64,000 nt of DNA from Fidelibacterota bacterium (GCA_014381725.1 JACNLC010000085.1:12569-76568), one strand, 5' to 3'; counted from the stretch's first letter, positions 47,625-58,164 are shown. Numbers and translations: made by a program. Notes: a model not told the origin generated them from the sequence alone.

Positions 47625-48920
47625 CTATGAGTAGGCGTGCAGTCCCCCGAAAAAATAGTTACCATAGAAAGTAATAAAAATCATCACAGTTCCAATAACT
47701 GACAAAATTGCTAGGCGACCACCGCGCCAATCGCGATTATATCTTGCGTGGAGTGCTGCAGAATAGAAAAACCAAACCAACAATGCTCCAACTTCTTTTG
47801 GGTCCCAACTCCAGAATGAGCCCCAAGCTTGTTCTGCCCAAATCGCACCTGCAAACAATGCTCCAACAGTATAAAGCGGATAGCCCAAAGAAACTGCTCG
47901 GTAATTGATTTCATCAAACAAATCTTGATTACCTTCCATTTTATTAATTTTTGGACCAAGTTTTATGTAAATGAAATAATACAAAATTGGAAATAAAACA
48001 AGAATCAGAACATATACCGAACCTAAAAATTCAAAGAAACGCCAAATACTTCCTTGATGTTGTGCTGGAGTAATTAGAATCATTCCATTATGCGACAAAA
48101 TACCAACAATCAAACTTCCTAAAGCAAACGATAACATATAAATTGCGAACAAAATTCCACCATAACCAGATTTATCTGATTTTTGCTTGAAAAAGTAACT
48201 AAATATTCCAAGCATCGGAACCATTAACAATCCGAGAATAGCAACCAATTGCCCTAAAATTGTTCTAGCAGAATCATAATCAATCCTTGAAGTAAATTTC
48301 TGCATTACTAAATACGCAGTATGATGTGGTGTTAAATTTGTAATTTTCAAAATCAAAAATATTACCAATGGGATATACACCATAAAAATCATCGCTTGCG
48401 AAAAGAACATCTTTTTTTGCTCACCAATCTCGGAACTATATTTGTGATCTTTTAATAAATACAACAGACTAACAGCTCCTGCAACAATAAACGCCCCCGA
48501 ACCAAGTGCCGCCATAGAAATATGAATTGTCAACCAATTACTTTGTAGCGCTGGCATCAAATTTTCTGCAGGAGTGCTATCCAGTAAAGCTGCAGCTGCG
48601 TTCAGCATTACAATTATTGGTGAAATAATAACTCCCACAATCGAACTTTTATAACGGATGATTACAAATATCATAATTCCAACTCCTGCCCAAGACATTA
48701 ACATCAAATGCTCAAACATATTTTGGAAACGAATACTACCTACTATCCCCCATTTTACAACGAAAGCGAAAGTTTGTAGAAACAATCCAACTGCAAACAT
48801 CCATAAACCAGTTTTTTGGAAGATAGCTTTTTTGAATGAAAAGAAGAAGGCATAACTGAAAAATCCAATCAGATACGCAATAAACATAAACCAAAATAAG
48901 TCTTGATATAATTTTTCCAT
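47625..48920 (-). CDS. ccsA: cytochrome c biogenesis protein CcsA/ResC (System II heme handling)
   Basis: Polytopic membrane protein with the Trp-rich WWD motif WGSFWSWDPKEVGAL and flanking His residues. Confidence 0.8.
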   Translation of the reverse strand: MEKLYQDLFWFMFIAYLIGFFSYAFFFSFKKAIFQKTGLWMFAVGLFLQTFAFVVKWGIVGSIRFQNMFEHLMLMSWAGVGIMIFVIIRYKSSIVGVIISPIIVMLNAAAALLDSTPAENLMPALQSNWLTIHISMAALGSGAFIVAGAVSLLYLLKDHKYSSEIGEQKKMFFSQAMIFMVYIPLVIFLILKITNLTPHHTAYLVMQKFTSRIDYDSARTILGQLVAILGLLMVPMLGIFSYFFKQKSDKSGYGGILFAIYMLSFALGSLIVGILSHNGMILITPAQHQGSIWRFFEFLGSVYVLILVLFPILYYFIYIKLGPKINKMEGNQDLFDEINYRAVSLGYPLYTVGALFAGAIWAEQAWGSFWSWDPKEVGALLVWFFYSAALHARYNRDWRGGRLAILSVIGTVMIFITFYGNYFFGGLHAYS

Positions 48921-49432
48921 TATTGCACCTTACCAATTTGAATAGTCGCCATTTCTATGATATATTTTCCGTCAGTAGTTTTTTTATAACCTTGATATCC
49001 CAAGAATTCCACAAAATACTTTTGTTCAGGTTTTACTGTATGCATCCCCGGCATTTGACTATAACAAATTTGATAATGTTTAAACTCACCGTTTTTCTCA
49101 AAATGCACCTTAATTGCTGGATTCATTTCTGCATCTGATTGAGAATTTATCTTCCCATTTCCAATTGGTTCAACCAACATACAATGAGGTTCAAATTGAA
49201 TAATTTCTACGCCCCATTCATCATCAATTTGATATTTTTCTCCAAAGGAAATTTCCACATTTTCTTGGATAATTTCCATTTGTGGTTGTTCTGCGTGTTG
49301 ATGTGGCACAGCCTCTTGCGGTAACATTTGATGAGTTGGCGATTTCCCTATAAGCTCATCTTTAAATGCGATTACAACCAAAACTATAAATAATATTATA
49401 GCAGGAATGACAAAAACTTTGTTATTTTTCAT
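48920..49432 (-). CDS. hypothetical membrane-anchored periplasmic protein inserted between resB and ccsA
   Basis: N-terminal TM anchor (VFVIPAIILFIVLVVIAF). His/Gln/Pro-rich stretch HQMLPQEAVPHQHAEQPQ, then a ~110-aa beta-rich domain. ATGA overlap with the resB stop and TAATG overlap with the ccsA start. Confidence 0.5.
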   Translation of the reverse strand: MKNNKVFVIPAIILFIVLVVIAFKDELIGKSPTHQMLPQEAVPHQHAEQPQMEIIQENVEISFGEKYQIDDEWGVEIIQFEPHCMLVEPIGNGKINSQSDAEMNPAIKVHFEKNGEFKHYQICYSQMPGMHTVKPEQKYFVEFLGYQGYKKTTDGKYIIEMATIQIGKVQ

Positions 49433-50568
49433 AAACTTCTAATCCTTTCGCTCAATGTAATTAATTCTCTTTCAAATGATATTTTGTTTTTAGTAGTTCT
49501 TCCACCTATGTGAATTTTATGTTTTGTAATTGCAATAAAAATATCTTTCCTCCAAAAGAAGAATGACATCATCATACCTACAACTCCAAACAACATTCCT
49601 AAATAAATTATGGATTTACCACTATTTTTTTTCAAACTGAAACCTGTAATCCAATTCTTTCTATCTTTCATATTTTTTCGCATTTCTTGAATTTGTTTCC
49701 AATTTGGATTGTTTTGAATATACTCAAGTGGTTTATAATCGGATTGATGGATACTTAAATTTTTATACAAAAACGGACTATTTACAGTTACTTCGTGATT
49801 TCTGATTTTGTCTCCATTATGGTCAAATACTTGTATAAATGAACGGAAATCAGAAATATCTGTACCAATTCCGCCTTTGTAATAACCTAAACGAAAACTA
49901 TCAACAACAACTGTAATAAATTCATTTTCTGCAGTTGGAATATTCCACGCTGAAAAACTCGGATATTTTTCGATGAATTCTGTGAAATCAGATTTATGTT
50001 CTTTAGCAATCATATATTGGAATTCTTTTTTCGCAGTTGTGCTATATATCATTCCACCAATTACAATCACAAGTAATCCGATGTGAGTTATTAAATGTCC
50101 TAAATTACTCCACCTTAATTTAGTTGCAGAAATTTGAGTAGAAACATCATCATATTGAGTATCTATAGAATAGAATTGCTTTTTCAACAATTCAATTATT
50201 TTAACGGAGCTATCGTCAGATTTCTTTTTGACGGATAAATTTAATTTCATTTTCTCAATTTCATCAGCAGGTTTTAAGTTTGGTTTATACATAGATTTGA
50301 AAACCGGCTTTACATTTTGTATAACGCATAGAAACAAAGATAATACTAATAGCCAAATCAATGCCATATACCACCAAGAAGAATATGGAGAATGTTGTTG
50401 CAACATTGTGTATAAAATGGAAGATTTCCCGAAGAAGTCTGGATATTCGTCCATCAACATTGATAGTAGCGATACAACACCCAATACAATTAGGATAATT
50501 ATCGCAAATTTCATTGAAACCAGTAGATTCCAAAGTTTAGTAAATATATTATTATCTCTTTTGCTCAT
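49429..50568 (-). CDS. resB: cytochrome c biogenesis protein ResB/Ccs1 (short form)
   Basis: N-terminal LVSMKFAIIILIVLGVVSLL segment typical of ResB. Two to three N-terminal TM helices, a periplasmic loop and a C-terminal TM. Operon context with ccsA. Confidence 0.7.
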   Translation of the reverse strand: MSKRDNNIFTKLWNLLVSMKFAIIILIVLGVVSLLSMLMDEYPDFFGKSSILYTMLQQHSPYSSWWYMALIWLLVLSLFLCVIQNVKPVFKSMYKPNLKPADEIEKMKLNLSVKKKSDDSSVKIIELLKKQFYSIDTQYDDVSTQISATKLRWSNLGHLITHIGLLVIVIGGMIYSTTAKKEFQYMIAKEHKSDFTEFIEKYPSFSAWNIPTAENEFITVVVDSFRLGYYKGGIGTDISDFRSFIQVFDHNGDKIRNHEVTVNSPFLYKNLSIHQSDYKPLEYIQNNPNWKQIQEMRKNMKDRKNWITGFSLKKNSGKSIIYLGMLFGVVGMMMSFFFWRKDIFIAITKHKIHIGGRTTKNKISFERELITLSERIRSL

Positions 50569-50731
50569 ATACCAAATTTTCTATATAATCAAGTTTATCG
50601 AAGTGTGAAATTTAAGATATATCAATCTACTTTTGGAAAGATTATTGGCAGGATTAGAATGTTCTAATAGATTAAAGTAATTTACAGGAAATAGATATGC
50701 TTAGTTTTGTTATATAATAACACGAATTTGT

Positions 50732-51535
50732 TTATTCAAAATATTCCCATCTAACGTCCTTTGTAAAATATTGTACATTCTCATATTCATCAATAGCGAC
50801 AATAATCTCAAAACTTGCAACCTCCCCTGGTTGTAATGCACAATCAGAAATAACTTCAGATGAATAAACAATTTGAGAACCATCTACAAATGATGAATCA
50901 ACACCAACTAGCTGGGTATCTTCTGCCCATAATTTGTAAATCACACGGACGAAATCAGCTCTTTTCTGCCCATCATTTATAACTATACCCTTGTATTTCC
51001 TTTGGTCAGAGTAGATTTCTTCAATTGCTTCACCTTCAAAAATGACATTTGCTACTGGTACAGCAATTTCTTGTATATCTGTAATTTCGCCTTTCTCGAT
51101 TGTTAGTTGTCCAATTTGTGTTTGAACAATCAACCTGTCTGCGTTCTCGTGAATAATCGCACCTTGTACAATCGTTCCGTTGGTTAAAGTAATTTCGTGT
51201 TTTAGTTGTGGAATTTTTATGAGTTTCAAAATATCAGTATTGATTTGTGGAGCACTTAAACGAGATTCATATTCAATGACCCTGGCTCGTAATTCTGCAA
51301 TTTCATCTTCCACATCTTCTACTTTTTTCTGAAGTGGATAAAACTTTGCATCAATAGAATACCCTTCGCCAGATAAAGCAGAACTATCACCAACCTTAAA
51401 TAAATCATCTTGTTGTGAAATAAACTCATTTTGGGTTGTTTTAACAGAATCTTCAGGTGAAGGTTTATCCTTTTTTCCGAAACAATTAAGTCCTGCAAAC
51501 ACAACTATAAATATTAAAATTGTAATTTTTTTCAT
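50732..51535 (-). CDS. hypothetical lipoprotein
   Basis: Lipobox FAGLNC and a short coiled-coil (VEDEIAELRARVIEYESRL). No family recognised. ATGA overlap with the upstream HEAT-repeat gene. Confidence 0.4.
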   Translation of the reverse strand: MKKITILIFIVVFAGLNCFGKKDKPSPEDSVKTTQNEFISQQDDLFKVGDSSALSGEGYSIDAKFYPLQKKVEDVEDEIAELRARVIEYESRLSAPQINTDILKLIKIPQLKHEITLTNGTIVQGAIIHENADRLIVQTQIGQLTIEKGEITDIQEIAVPVANVIFEGEAIEEIYSDQRKYKGIVINDGQKRADFVRVIYKLWAEDTQLVGVDSSFVDGSQIVYSSEVISDCALQPGEVASFEIIVAIDEYENVQYFTKDVRWEYFE

Positions 51536-52647
51536 TGTCCGTTTACCTCATTATTGGTTTTAGTTTTCTGAATTGCAATATAAGACGCCATCCGTAATTT
51601 ATCTTTATATTCTTCGAATTCGTTCAAGTTATTTACAATTGTTAGAATTTCATCATAAAAAATGTAATTTTCGGGATATTCTAACATGCTAACTAAATCA
51701 TCCAAAACTGTTGTATCATTAAATTTCGACAGATTTCTTATGGCTTTTAGTCGTAGTGATTTCGGAAATTCATTTGACTTTGCAATTTCAAGAAGTGCAG
51801 GTTTTAGTGTTGGATGTTCAAATTCGTCCATTGCTAATAACAATGTATTCAACAATTTAAAATACTCTTTTTTTCCTGATTGATAGGATTCAACCAATGC
51901 TAAAATCATTCTTTCTTCGCTAATATCACCCATTGCATTATACGCGAAATCTTTTAGATTGATATTGGATTTTGGGTCACCTAAAACATTTAAGAAAAAA
52001 TCTACAACTTCAGGTGCATTTTTTTTACCCAAAATCTCAATCGCCTGATTTCTAATTGCAATATCAATATCGGAATTATTCGCAATTTCTATTAATACTG
52101 GAATAACTCGTTCATCTCCAATCGTTCCAAGAGTTTGAGTAAGAAGTTTATCCATCCGAGCGTGGTTAGAACGACTAATTTCATACAAATCAATAAGTGT
52201 CATAATTTCATCTTCACTACCGATTTCCCCGATTGCATTGATAATAGTTTCTCGAATTGTTAAAATTTTCACTTCAGTAGTTTTAAGTCCTGTAATCAAG
52301 GATTCAACAGACTCAGAAGAGTCATACTTTGCCAATAAATCAACTGCTTTCGTCATTAATTCTAATTCAAGGAGGTTTGTGGTAGCAACCGATTCTCTAA
52401 TAGCTTCTAGCGCGAGTGGATGTTTGGTTTCCGAGATTGCTTCCAAAGCTGAAATCCTAACATCAAAAGGTTGGCTAGTATCTCGATAAACATCAATCAA
52501 GACAGACAAGGATTTTACTTTTCCTTTATCATAATAAGTTAAACGATGTTTTTCAACTTCTTCAAGCGTAAGTGTTGTTTGATGCGGAGCACATCCAAAG
52601 AAAAACATCAATGTTAGAAAGGATGAAATAAGTGTTTTTGTATTCAT
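51532..52647 (-). CDS. HEAT-repeat lipoprotein
   Basis: Lipobox FFFGC. Repeated ~30-aa helical units (VRISALEAISETKHPLALEAIRE; IRNQAIEILGKKNAPEVVDFFLNVL; LRLKAIRNLSKFNDTTVLDDLVSML). Confidence 0.55.
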   Translation of the reverse strand: MNTKTLISSFLTLMFFFGCAPHQTTLTLEEVEKHRLTYYDKGKVKSLSVLIDVYRDTSQPFDVRISALEAISETKHPLALEAIRESVATTNLLELELMTKAVDLLAKYDSSESVESLITGLKTTEVKILTIRETIINAIGEIGSEDEIMTLIDLYEISRSNHARMDKLLTQTLGTIGDERVIPVLIEIANNSDIDIAIRNQAIEILGKKNAPEVVDFFLNVLGDPKSNINLKDFAYNAMGDISEERMILALVESYQSGKKEYFKLLNTLLLAMDEFEHPTLKPALLEIAKSNEFPKSLRLKAIRNLSKFNDTTVLDDLVSMLEYPENYIFYDEILTIVNNLNEFEEYKDKLRMASYIAIQKTKTNNEVNGQ

Positions 52648-52782
52648 AATTTATTAATTCTCTCTTTACAAGTTGATAAATGATACTAATATCTTGACTG
52701 TAATTTAATGAAATTATTTAATCGATTTTACAAAAAAGTGATATTGAATGTTATGAAATAGAAATAGTCTATTATCATAAAA

Positions 52783-53517
52783 TTATTTCCCATAGCTTTC
52801 TTGAGTCCAACCATTTTCATCTAATTTTGTAAGGGTAAGATGCTTTAGCCAATCACCCAAATGGATGAGTTTATGATTATCTTCTGAAAATATTCCTGTT
52901 TGGTGATAATGGCCCATTAAAACTGTATCGTATCCTTCTGCCCATTTCCCCTTGGCAAATTGCACCAATTCTTCTAGCATTTCGTCTTGATTACCAAAAG
53001 TTCGACATTGCTCATTACTAGTTTTTGAAACAAAATTTGCCAAAGCACAACCCCAATCAGGATGCAATATTTTAAAAAGAAAAATACTGATTTTGCTTCT
53101 TATAACTTTTTTCATAAATCGGTATCCATTATCTCTCTTTAATATACCATCACCGTGAGTTACCAAAATTTTCTTATTATCAACTTCAAACTCGAAATCA
53201 GTTTTATGAACTATTGCACCAAACTTTTTTGTAAAGTAACCAAAATCCCAATAATCGTGATTTCCAACCACATAGTGGATTTCTATTCCGTTATGCCGTA
53301 ATGATTCTAAATTTTCGAAGATATCCGAATAACTTTTTGGTGAGACAAAATTATAATCAAACCAAAAATCGAAAAAATCTCCACCGATGATGAGTGTTCC
53401 ACCTGTGGATTTAATTTCAGAGAATAAGTTAAACAATTTTTGTCTTCTAACTTTTTCTTTATGGTCGTAAGTCATTCTAAAATGACTGTCTGACACAAAA
53501 TAGATTGGGTATTTCAT
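52783..53517 (-). CDS. lpxH: UDP-2,3-diacylglucosamine diphosphatase-like metallophosphoesterase (LpxH family)
   Basis: Motifs colinear with E. coli LpxH: YFVSDSHF, IGGDFFDFW, VVGNHDYW, THGDG, GHYHQ, HLGDW. Confidence 0.65.
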   Translation of the reverse strand: MKYPIYFVSDSHFRMTYDHKEKVRRQKLFNLFSEIKSTGGTLIIGGDFFDFWFDYNFVSPKSYSDIFENLESLRHNGIEIHYVVGNHDYWDFGYFTKKFGAIVHKTDFEFEVDNKKILVTHGDGILKRDNGYRFMKKVIRSKISIFLFKILHPDWGCALANFVSKTSNEQCRTFGNQDEMLEELVQFAKGKWAEGYDTVLMGHYHQTGIFSEDNHKLIHLGDWLKHLTLTKLDENGWTQESYGK

Positions 53518-53662
53518 AACTATAAAAGTTACGGAGATTTCTTAAACACTCTAAAGAAGAATTTTGCTGATTTCACTCATCTCAATTTTATCTAAAAACA
53601 TAACACCATAATTCGTTAACTTTTATACAAGAACTTTTGAAAGATTCAGACATTACCAAATT

Positions 53663-56600
53663 ATGAAACACACAAAATATTTACTGATTTTTCTTACAAC
53701 AACAATTCTACTTGGGCAATTTGGACAGAATATTGTCCAATATGATAACTTCGATTGGAAATATCTACAATCTAAACATTTTGACATTTACTATTATGCA
53801 AATGGTAAATCGCACGCTGAATTTACAGCTATTGAATCAGAACGAGCTTATGACAAAATCTCCTCACGACTCAATTGGGATTTGAAAAATCGAGTATCTA
53901 TAATTGTTTACAATTCGCATAATGATTTTCAACAAACGAATGTTGTTGATTCTTATATGTACGAAGGTATAGGTGGTGTTACAGAACTTTTCAAGAACCG
54001 AGTTGTAATTCCATTTGACGGCTCAAACAAAGAATTTAAGCATGTGATTCATCACGAACTCGTTCACGCTTTTGTGACAGATTGCGTTTATGGTGGAAAT
54101 CTACAAAGTCTGATTACACGCCAAATAAAATTTTCAATTCCAATGTGGATGAATGAAGGATTGGCAGAATATCTTGCTTCTCGCTGGGACACAAACTCCG
54201 ATATGTGGATGAGAGACCTCGCCATAAACGGTGGAGAATTACCTCCAATCGAATTTTTATACGGATATATGGCATACCGTGGAGGTCAATCTGTTTGGAA
54301 ATTTATTACAGAAAAATGGGGTGAAGAATCTATTGCTGAAATATTTTATCAAATAAAACGAACAAAAAGCGTTATAAAAGGAATAAAAAAAGCTTTGGGC
54401 TTAGATATGAAAGAATTATCAGAACAATGGCATACTTATCTCAAAAAAGAATATTGGTCGGACATTTCAACTCGCAGTAGTCTAAAAGACATTGCACGAC
54501 AGCTAACAGACCACGAAGAACTTAAAAACTCATACAATGTAGCACCTGCAATTTCTCCTGATGGAGGTCGAATTGCAATTTTTTCCAACAAATCCGGGAG
54601 TATGGCATTATACTTAATTTCAGTTGACGATGGAAACTTCATTAAAAAAGTGATTCAAGGCGAACGAACAGCAGAATTTGAAGAATTACATATTTTGAAA
54701 CCGGGAATTTCGTGGTCTCCTGATGGTAGCAAAATTGCGTTTGCAGGAAAATCTGGAAAATCTGATGCACTGTTCATCGTTGATGTTGCCAGCGGCAGTC
54801 ACCAAAAATTCCGATTTGATATGGAGGGTATATTCCGTCCTGCGTGGAATCCAATACACAACGAAATTGCATTTATAGGAAATAATGGAATTACAAGCGA
54901 TATTTATCTATTCGATTTGAAATCTGAATCTCTAACTAATTTGACTGACGATTGGTTTACAGATGACCAAATTTCGTGGACACCAAACGGAGAATCTCTA
55001 TTGTTTATTTCTGATAGAAATGGAGTTTTAAACCAGAAATATCCCGAAGAAATCGAGTTACATAATATCGATCAAACCGACATCTATAAAATCAATCGGG
55101 ACTCAAAATTAATTACTCGATTAACCAATACCCCATATAATGAAACATATCCACTAATTTCTCAAGATGAACAATCTATAATTTATATTTCAGATGAGTC
55201 TGGGATACACAATATCTACATCCAAAATGATACACTCACACATCCAAAGCCAATCACAAATGCCCTAACTGGAATTACTCAATTAACTTGGAGCAAAGAT
55301 AATTCTGCATTACTGTTTTCCGGAATGGAAAAAAGTGGTTATGATATTTATTTGATGTCAAACCCATTAGACAAAATTTCGGATTCGCTGACCGTTGAAC
55401 TTGCAAAATGGAAAAGTCAAAAGGAAGTATCTTCACTATTCACTCGAGAAGATTTAATCAGAGATACCAATGGTGATGTTTCTTATGAGAATTATATATT
55501 TTCAGAATATGCACAATCCCATCCAGATACTACATCTCATAAAGTTGAATTGACGGAAGAAACTACACAAGACAGTGCAGGAAATTTTATCAGTCACAAT
55601 TACAAGACAAAATTTACGCTGGATTTAATTCAGGGATATTTTTACTACAGCACAATGTATAATCCCGAAGCAATGGCATTTTTTATGTTTAGTGATATGC
55701 TTGGTGACCACAAAATTTATTTGGCAACTGAAATGCAAATTTCTCTGAAAAATTCTAATTATTATTTATTGTATCGTTATCTTCCAAACAAATTGGATAT
55801 CAATTTTCAATTATATCACAATGCAGACATTTATCCATATTCTTACGATGAAGCTATTCGTCTGCGACAACTTGGGTTAGGGACTTATCTATCATATCCA
55901 TTATCAAGATTCCAAAGATTTGAATCTGGTTTGGATTATCGTTATGTTGAACAAGCAGAGCTTGAAGTCGATTGGGATGGAGCTGTGAAAGATTCCATAA
56001 TTGATTATTTGAATGTTGCAATTCCGTCGGTTGGATATGTATGGGATAATACGATTTGGTCTCAAACCTATCCTGTTAGTGGTTCGCGGATGTTTTTGAA
56101 ATATGAGATGAGTCCGAAATTATTTGATAGCAGTTTAGATTTTCAAACTATAACTTTTGATTTACGAAAATATTTTAATGCAGGTAGAGGAATTAGTTTT
56201 GCAGCTAGACTTTACGCCGGGACAAGTTGGGGAGACAATGCTGAAAAATTCAGAGTTGGAGGTTTACCTTGGGCGGTTTCAAATGAAACAGATTATTACA
56301 GCTCAACGCCTGACTACGACAATATTCTTCAAGAAATCTTTTTTACCAAATATGTGATGCCAGTTCGGGGAGCACAAATTAACGAACGATTTGGTGAACA
56401 CACATTATTGATCAACGCTGAAATGCGATTTCCTTTTTTGGTTTATTATTTCCCAACTATAAAATATATTGGACAGATTAGTGCTGTTATATTTTCCGAC
56501 ATTGGCTTGGCTTGGGATGGGCAATATCCACAATATTGGGAAGATGAAAGCTGGAAGTCCAGTCCAAAAGATTTTGTATGGACATACGGTTTTGGTCCAA

Positions 56601-56707
56601 GATTCATCTTCTTAGGAATGCCTTGGAAACTCGATTATGCGTGGGAGTTTAATCCCACTAAAAAAACAAAACGAATGTGGTATTTGTCAATTGGTCTTGA
56701 TTTTTGA
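53663..56707 (+). CDS. large outer-membrane fusion protein: MA-clan peptidase-like domain + TolB-type beta-propeller repeats + Omp85/surface-antigen-like beta-barrel
   Basis: Signal peptide. HHELVHAF...MNEGLAEYLAS (HExxH plus Glu). PD40/TolB-like repeats (ISPDGGRIAIFSNKSG, WSPDGSKIAFAGKSG, WNPIHNEIAFIGNNG, WTPNGESLLFISDRNG). C-terminal barrel region ending WYLSIGLDF. Confidence 0.6.
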   Translation: MKHTKYLLIFLTTTILLGQFGQNIVQYDNFDWKYLQSKHFDIYYYANGKSHAEFTAIESERAYDKISSRLNWDLKNRVSIIVYNSHNDFQQTNVVDSYMYEGIGGVTELFKNRVVIPFDGSNKEFKHVIHHELVHAFVTDCVYGGNLQSLITRQIKFSIPMWMNEGLAEYLASRWDTNSDMWMRDLAINGGELPPIEFLYGYMAYRGGQSVWKFITEKWGEESIAEIFYQIKRTKSVIKGIKKALGLDMKELSEQWHTYLKKEYWSDISTRSSLKDIARQLTDHEELKNSYNVAPAISPDGGRIAIFSNKSGSMALYLISVDDGNFIKKVIQGERTAEFEELHILKPGISWSPDGSKIAFAGKSGKSDALFIVDVASGSHQKFRFDMEGIFRPAWNPIHNEIAFIGNNGITSDIYLFDLKSESLTNLTDDWFTDDQISWTPNGESLLFISDRNGVLNQKYPEEIELHNIDQTDIYKINRDSKLITRLTNTPYNETYPLISQDEQSIIYISDESGIHNIYIQNDTLTHPKPITNALTGITQLTWSKDNSALLFSGMEKSGYDIYLMSNPLDKISDSLTVELAKWKSQKEVSSLFTREDLIRDTNGDVSYENYIFSEYAQSHPDTTSHKVELTEETTQDSAGNFISHNYKTKFTLDLIQGYFYYSTMYNPEAMAFFMFSDMLGDHKIYLATEMQISLKNSNYYLLYRYLPNKLDINFQLYHNADIYPYSYDEAIRLRQLGLGTYLSYPLSRFQRFESGLDYRYVEQAELEVDWDGAVKDSIIDYLNVAIPSVGYVWDNTIWSQTYPVSGSRMFLKYEMSPKLFDSSLDFQTITFDLRKYFNAGRGISFAARLYAGTSWGDNAEKFRVGGLPWAVSNETDYYSSTPDYDNILQEIFFTKYVMPVRGAQINERFGEHTLLINAEMRFPFLVYYFPTIKYIGQISAVIFSDIGLAWDGQYPQYWEDESWKSSPKDFVWTYGFGPRFIFLGMPWKLDYAWEFNPTKKTKRMWYLSIGLDF

Positions 56708-56817
56708 TTTTACCACAAAAGGCACGAAGATAAATTAATATATATTTAATGTTCAACGTTGAAAAAAAACCGGAAGGAACTCTACGAATAACGCCAAGAA
56801 CGCAAGGGAAATAAATT

Positions 56818-58161
56818 ATGAAAAAGAAAACTGTATTTTTATGTAATGATTGTGGTGACGATTTCGCCAAGTGGGCTGGGAAATGTCCAACTTGCGGTGC
56901 GTGGGGGACATTATCTGAGATGACTATTACTGAATCTTCACGGACTAAATCACCTGCAGCTGAACCTCGAAAACCAGTTTCATTAGATGATATCCTAACA
57001 GATGAACCTACAACACTTCTTGACACTGGAATTAGCGAAATTAATAATGTTCTCGGTGGTGGACTAACTTTATCATCTATAGTATTACTAAGCGGTGAAC
57101 CTGGAATTGGGAAATCCACTTTGGCATTTCAACTAACCAAACAAATCCAGTCAACGCTATATATCTCCGCAGAAGAAAGCGAATCCCAAATTGCAGTTAG
57201 AGCAAAACGGCTGGGCATTACTTCAGAAAAACTCAATATTTCTAGTGAGAATCGATGGGAAGCCATTAGCAAATTACTGGAAATCCACAAACCGGATTTA
57301 CTGATTATCGACTCAATCCAAACAATTTTCACTGAATCGATTGATGGTTTGCCAGGCTCATTGAGTCAAGTTCGCGAATGTGGTTCACAGATTCTTAATT
57401 TTTGCAAACCACGAGGAATTACAACTATTCTCGTCGGACATATAACAAAAGATGGGAAAATAGCCGGTCCTAAAATGCTTGAGCATTTGGTTGATGTTGT
57501 GTTGAATTTAGAAGGCGATAATCGAATGGATTTCAGAATTTTACGCTGCACAAAAAATAGGTTTGGGGCAACACACAATACCGGAATTTTCGAAATGACA
57601 GAAGCTGGTTTAATAGCTGTTGAAAATCCAAGCCAAATGTTCCTTGCAGAACGCTCTGTCCAGACTTCCGGCTCAGTAGTGGTGCCGGTAATGGAAGGAA
57701 ATCGCCCAGTTTTGATTGAAGTTCAAGGATTAGTATCTCCGGCAACTTATGGGAATCCTCAACGGAACGCAACTGGATTTGATATGCGTCGATTATCTAT
57801 GCTATTGGCAATTTTAGATAAACGACTGGGATATCAACTTGGCACGCAGGATGTTTTCGTTAATATGGTTGGCGGTCTAAAACTAACCGAGCCTGCACTC
57901 GATTTAGCAATAGTGTTAGCGATTGCATCGTCATATAGAGATATCCCGATTGATGAGAAAATTGTGTCAGCAGGGGAAATTGGATTATCCGGTGAAGTTC
58001 GTGGAGTTCAACATCTAACCCGTCGGATAAAAGAGGCGGAAAGATTGGGGTTTGAAAAATTTATTTGCCCGGCATCGAATTTGCAGAAATTCAATCAGAA
58101 AACTAAAATGAGATTAATTGGCGTATCCAGTGTTTACGAAGCAATTGAAAAATCCATCTAA
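56818..58161 (+). CDS. radA: DNA repair protein RadA (Sms)
   Basis: Zinc finger CNDCGDDFAKWAGKCPTCGAWG, Walker A GEPGIGKST, the KNRFG motif and a Lon-like C-terminal domain. Confidence 0.9.
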   Translation: MKKKTVFLCNDCGDDFAKWAGKCPTCGAWGTLSEMTITESSRTKSPAAEPRKPVSLDDILTDEPTTLLDTGISEINNVLGGGLTLSSIVLLSGEPGIGKSTLAFQLTKQIQSTLYISAEESESQIAVRAKRLGITSEKLNISSENRWEAISKLLEIHKPDLLIIDSIQTIFTESIDGLPGSLSQVRECGSQILNFCKPRGITTILVGHITKDGKIAGPKMLEHLVDVVLNLEGDNRMDFRILRCTKNRFGATHNTGIFEMTEAGLIAVENPSQMFLAERSVQTSGSVVVPVMEGNRPVLIEVQGLVSPATYGNPQRNATGFDMRRLSMLLAILDKRLGYQLGTQDVFVNMVGGLKLTEPALDLAIVLAIASSYRDIPIDEKIVSAGEIGLSGEVRGVQHLTRRIKEAERLGFEKFICPASNLQKFNQKTKMRLIGVSSVYEAIEKSI

Positions 58162-58164
58162 TAT

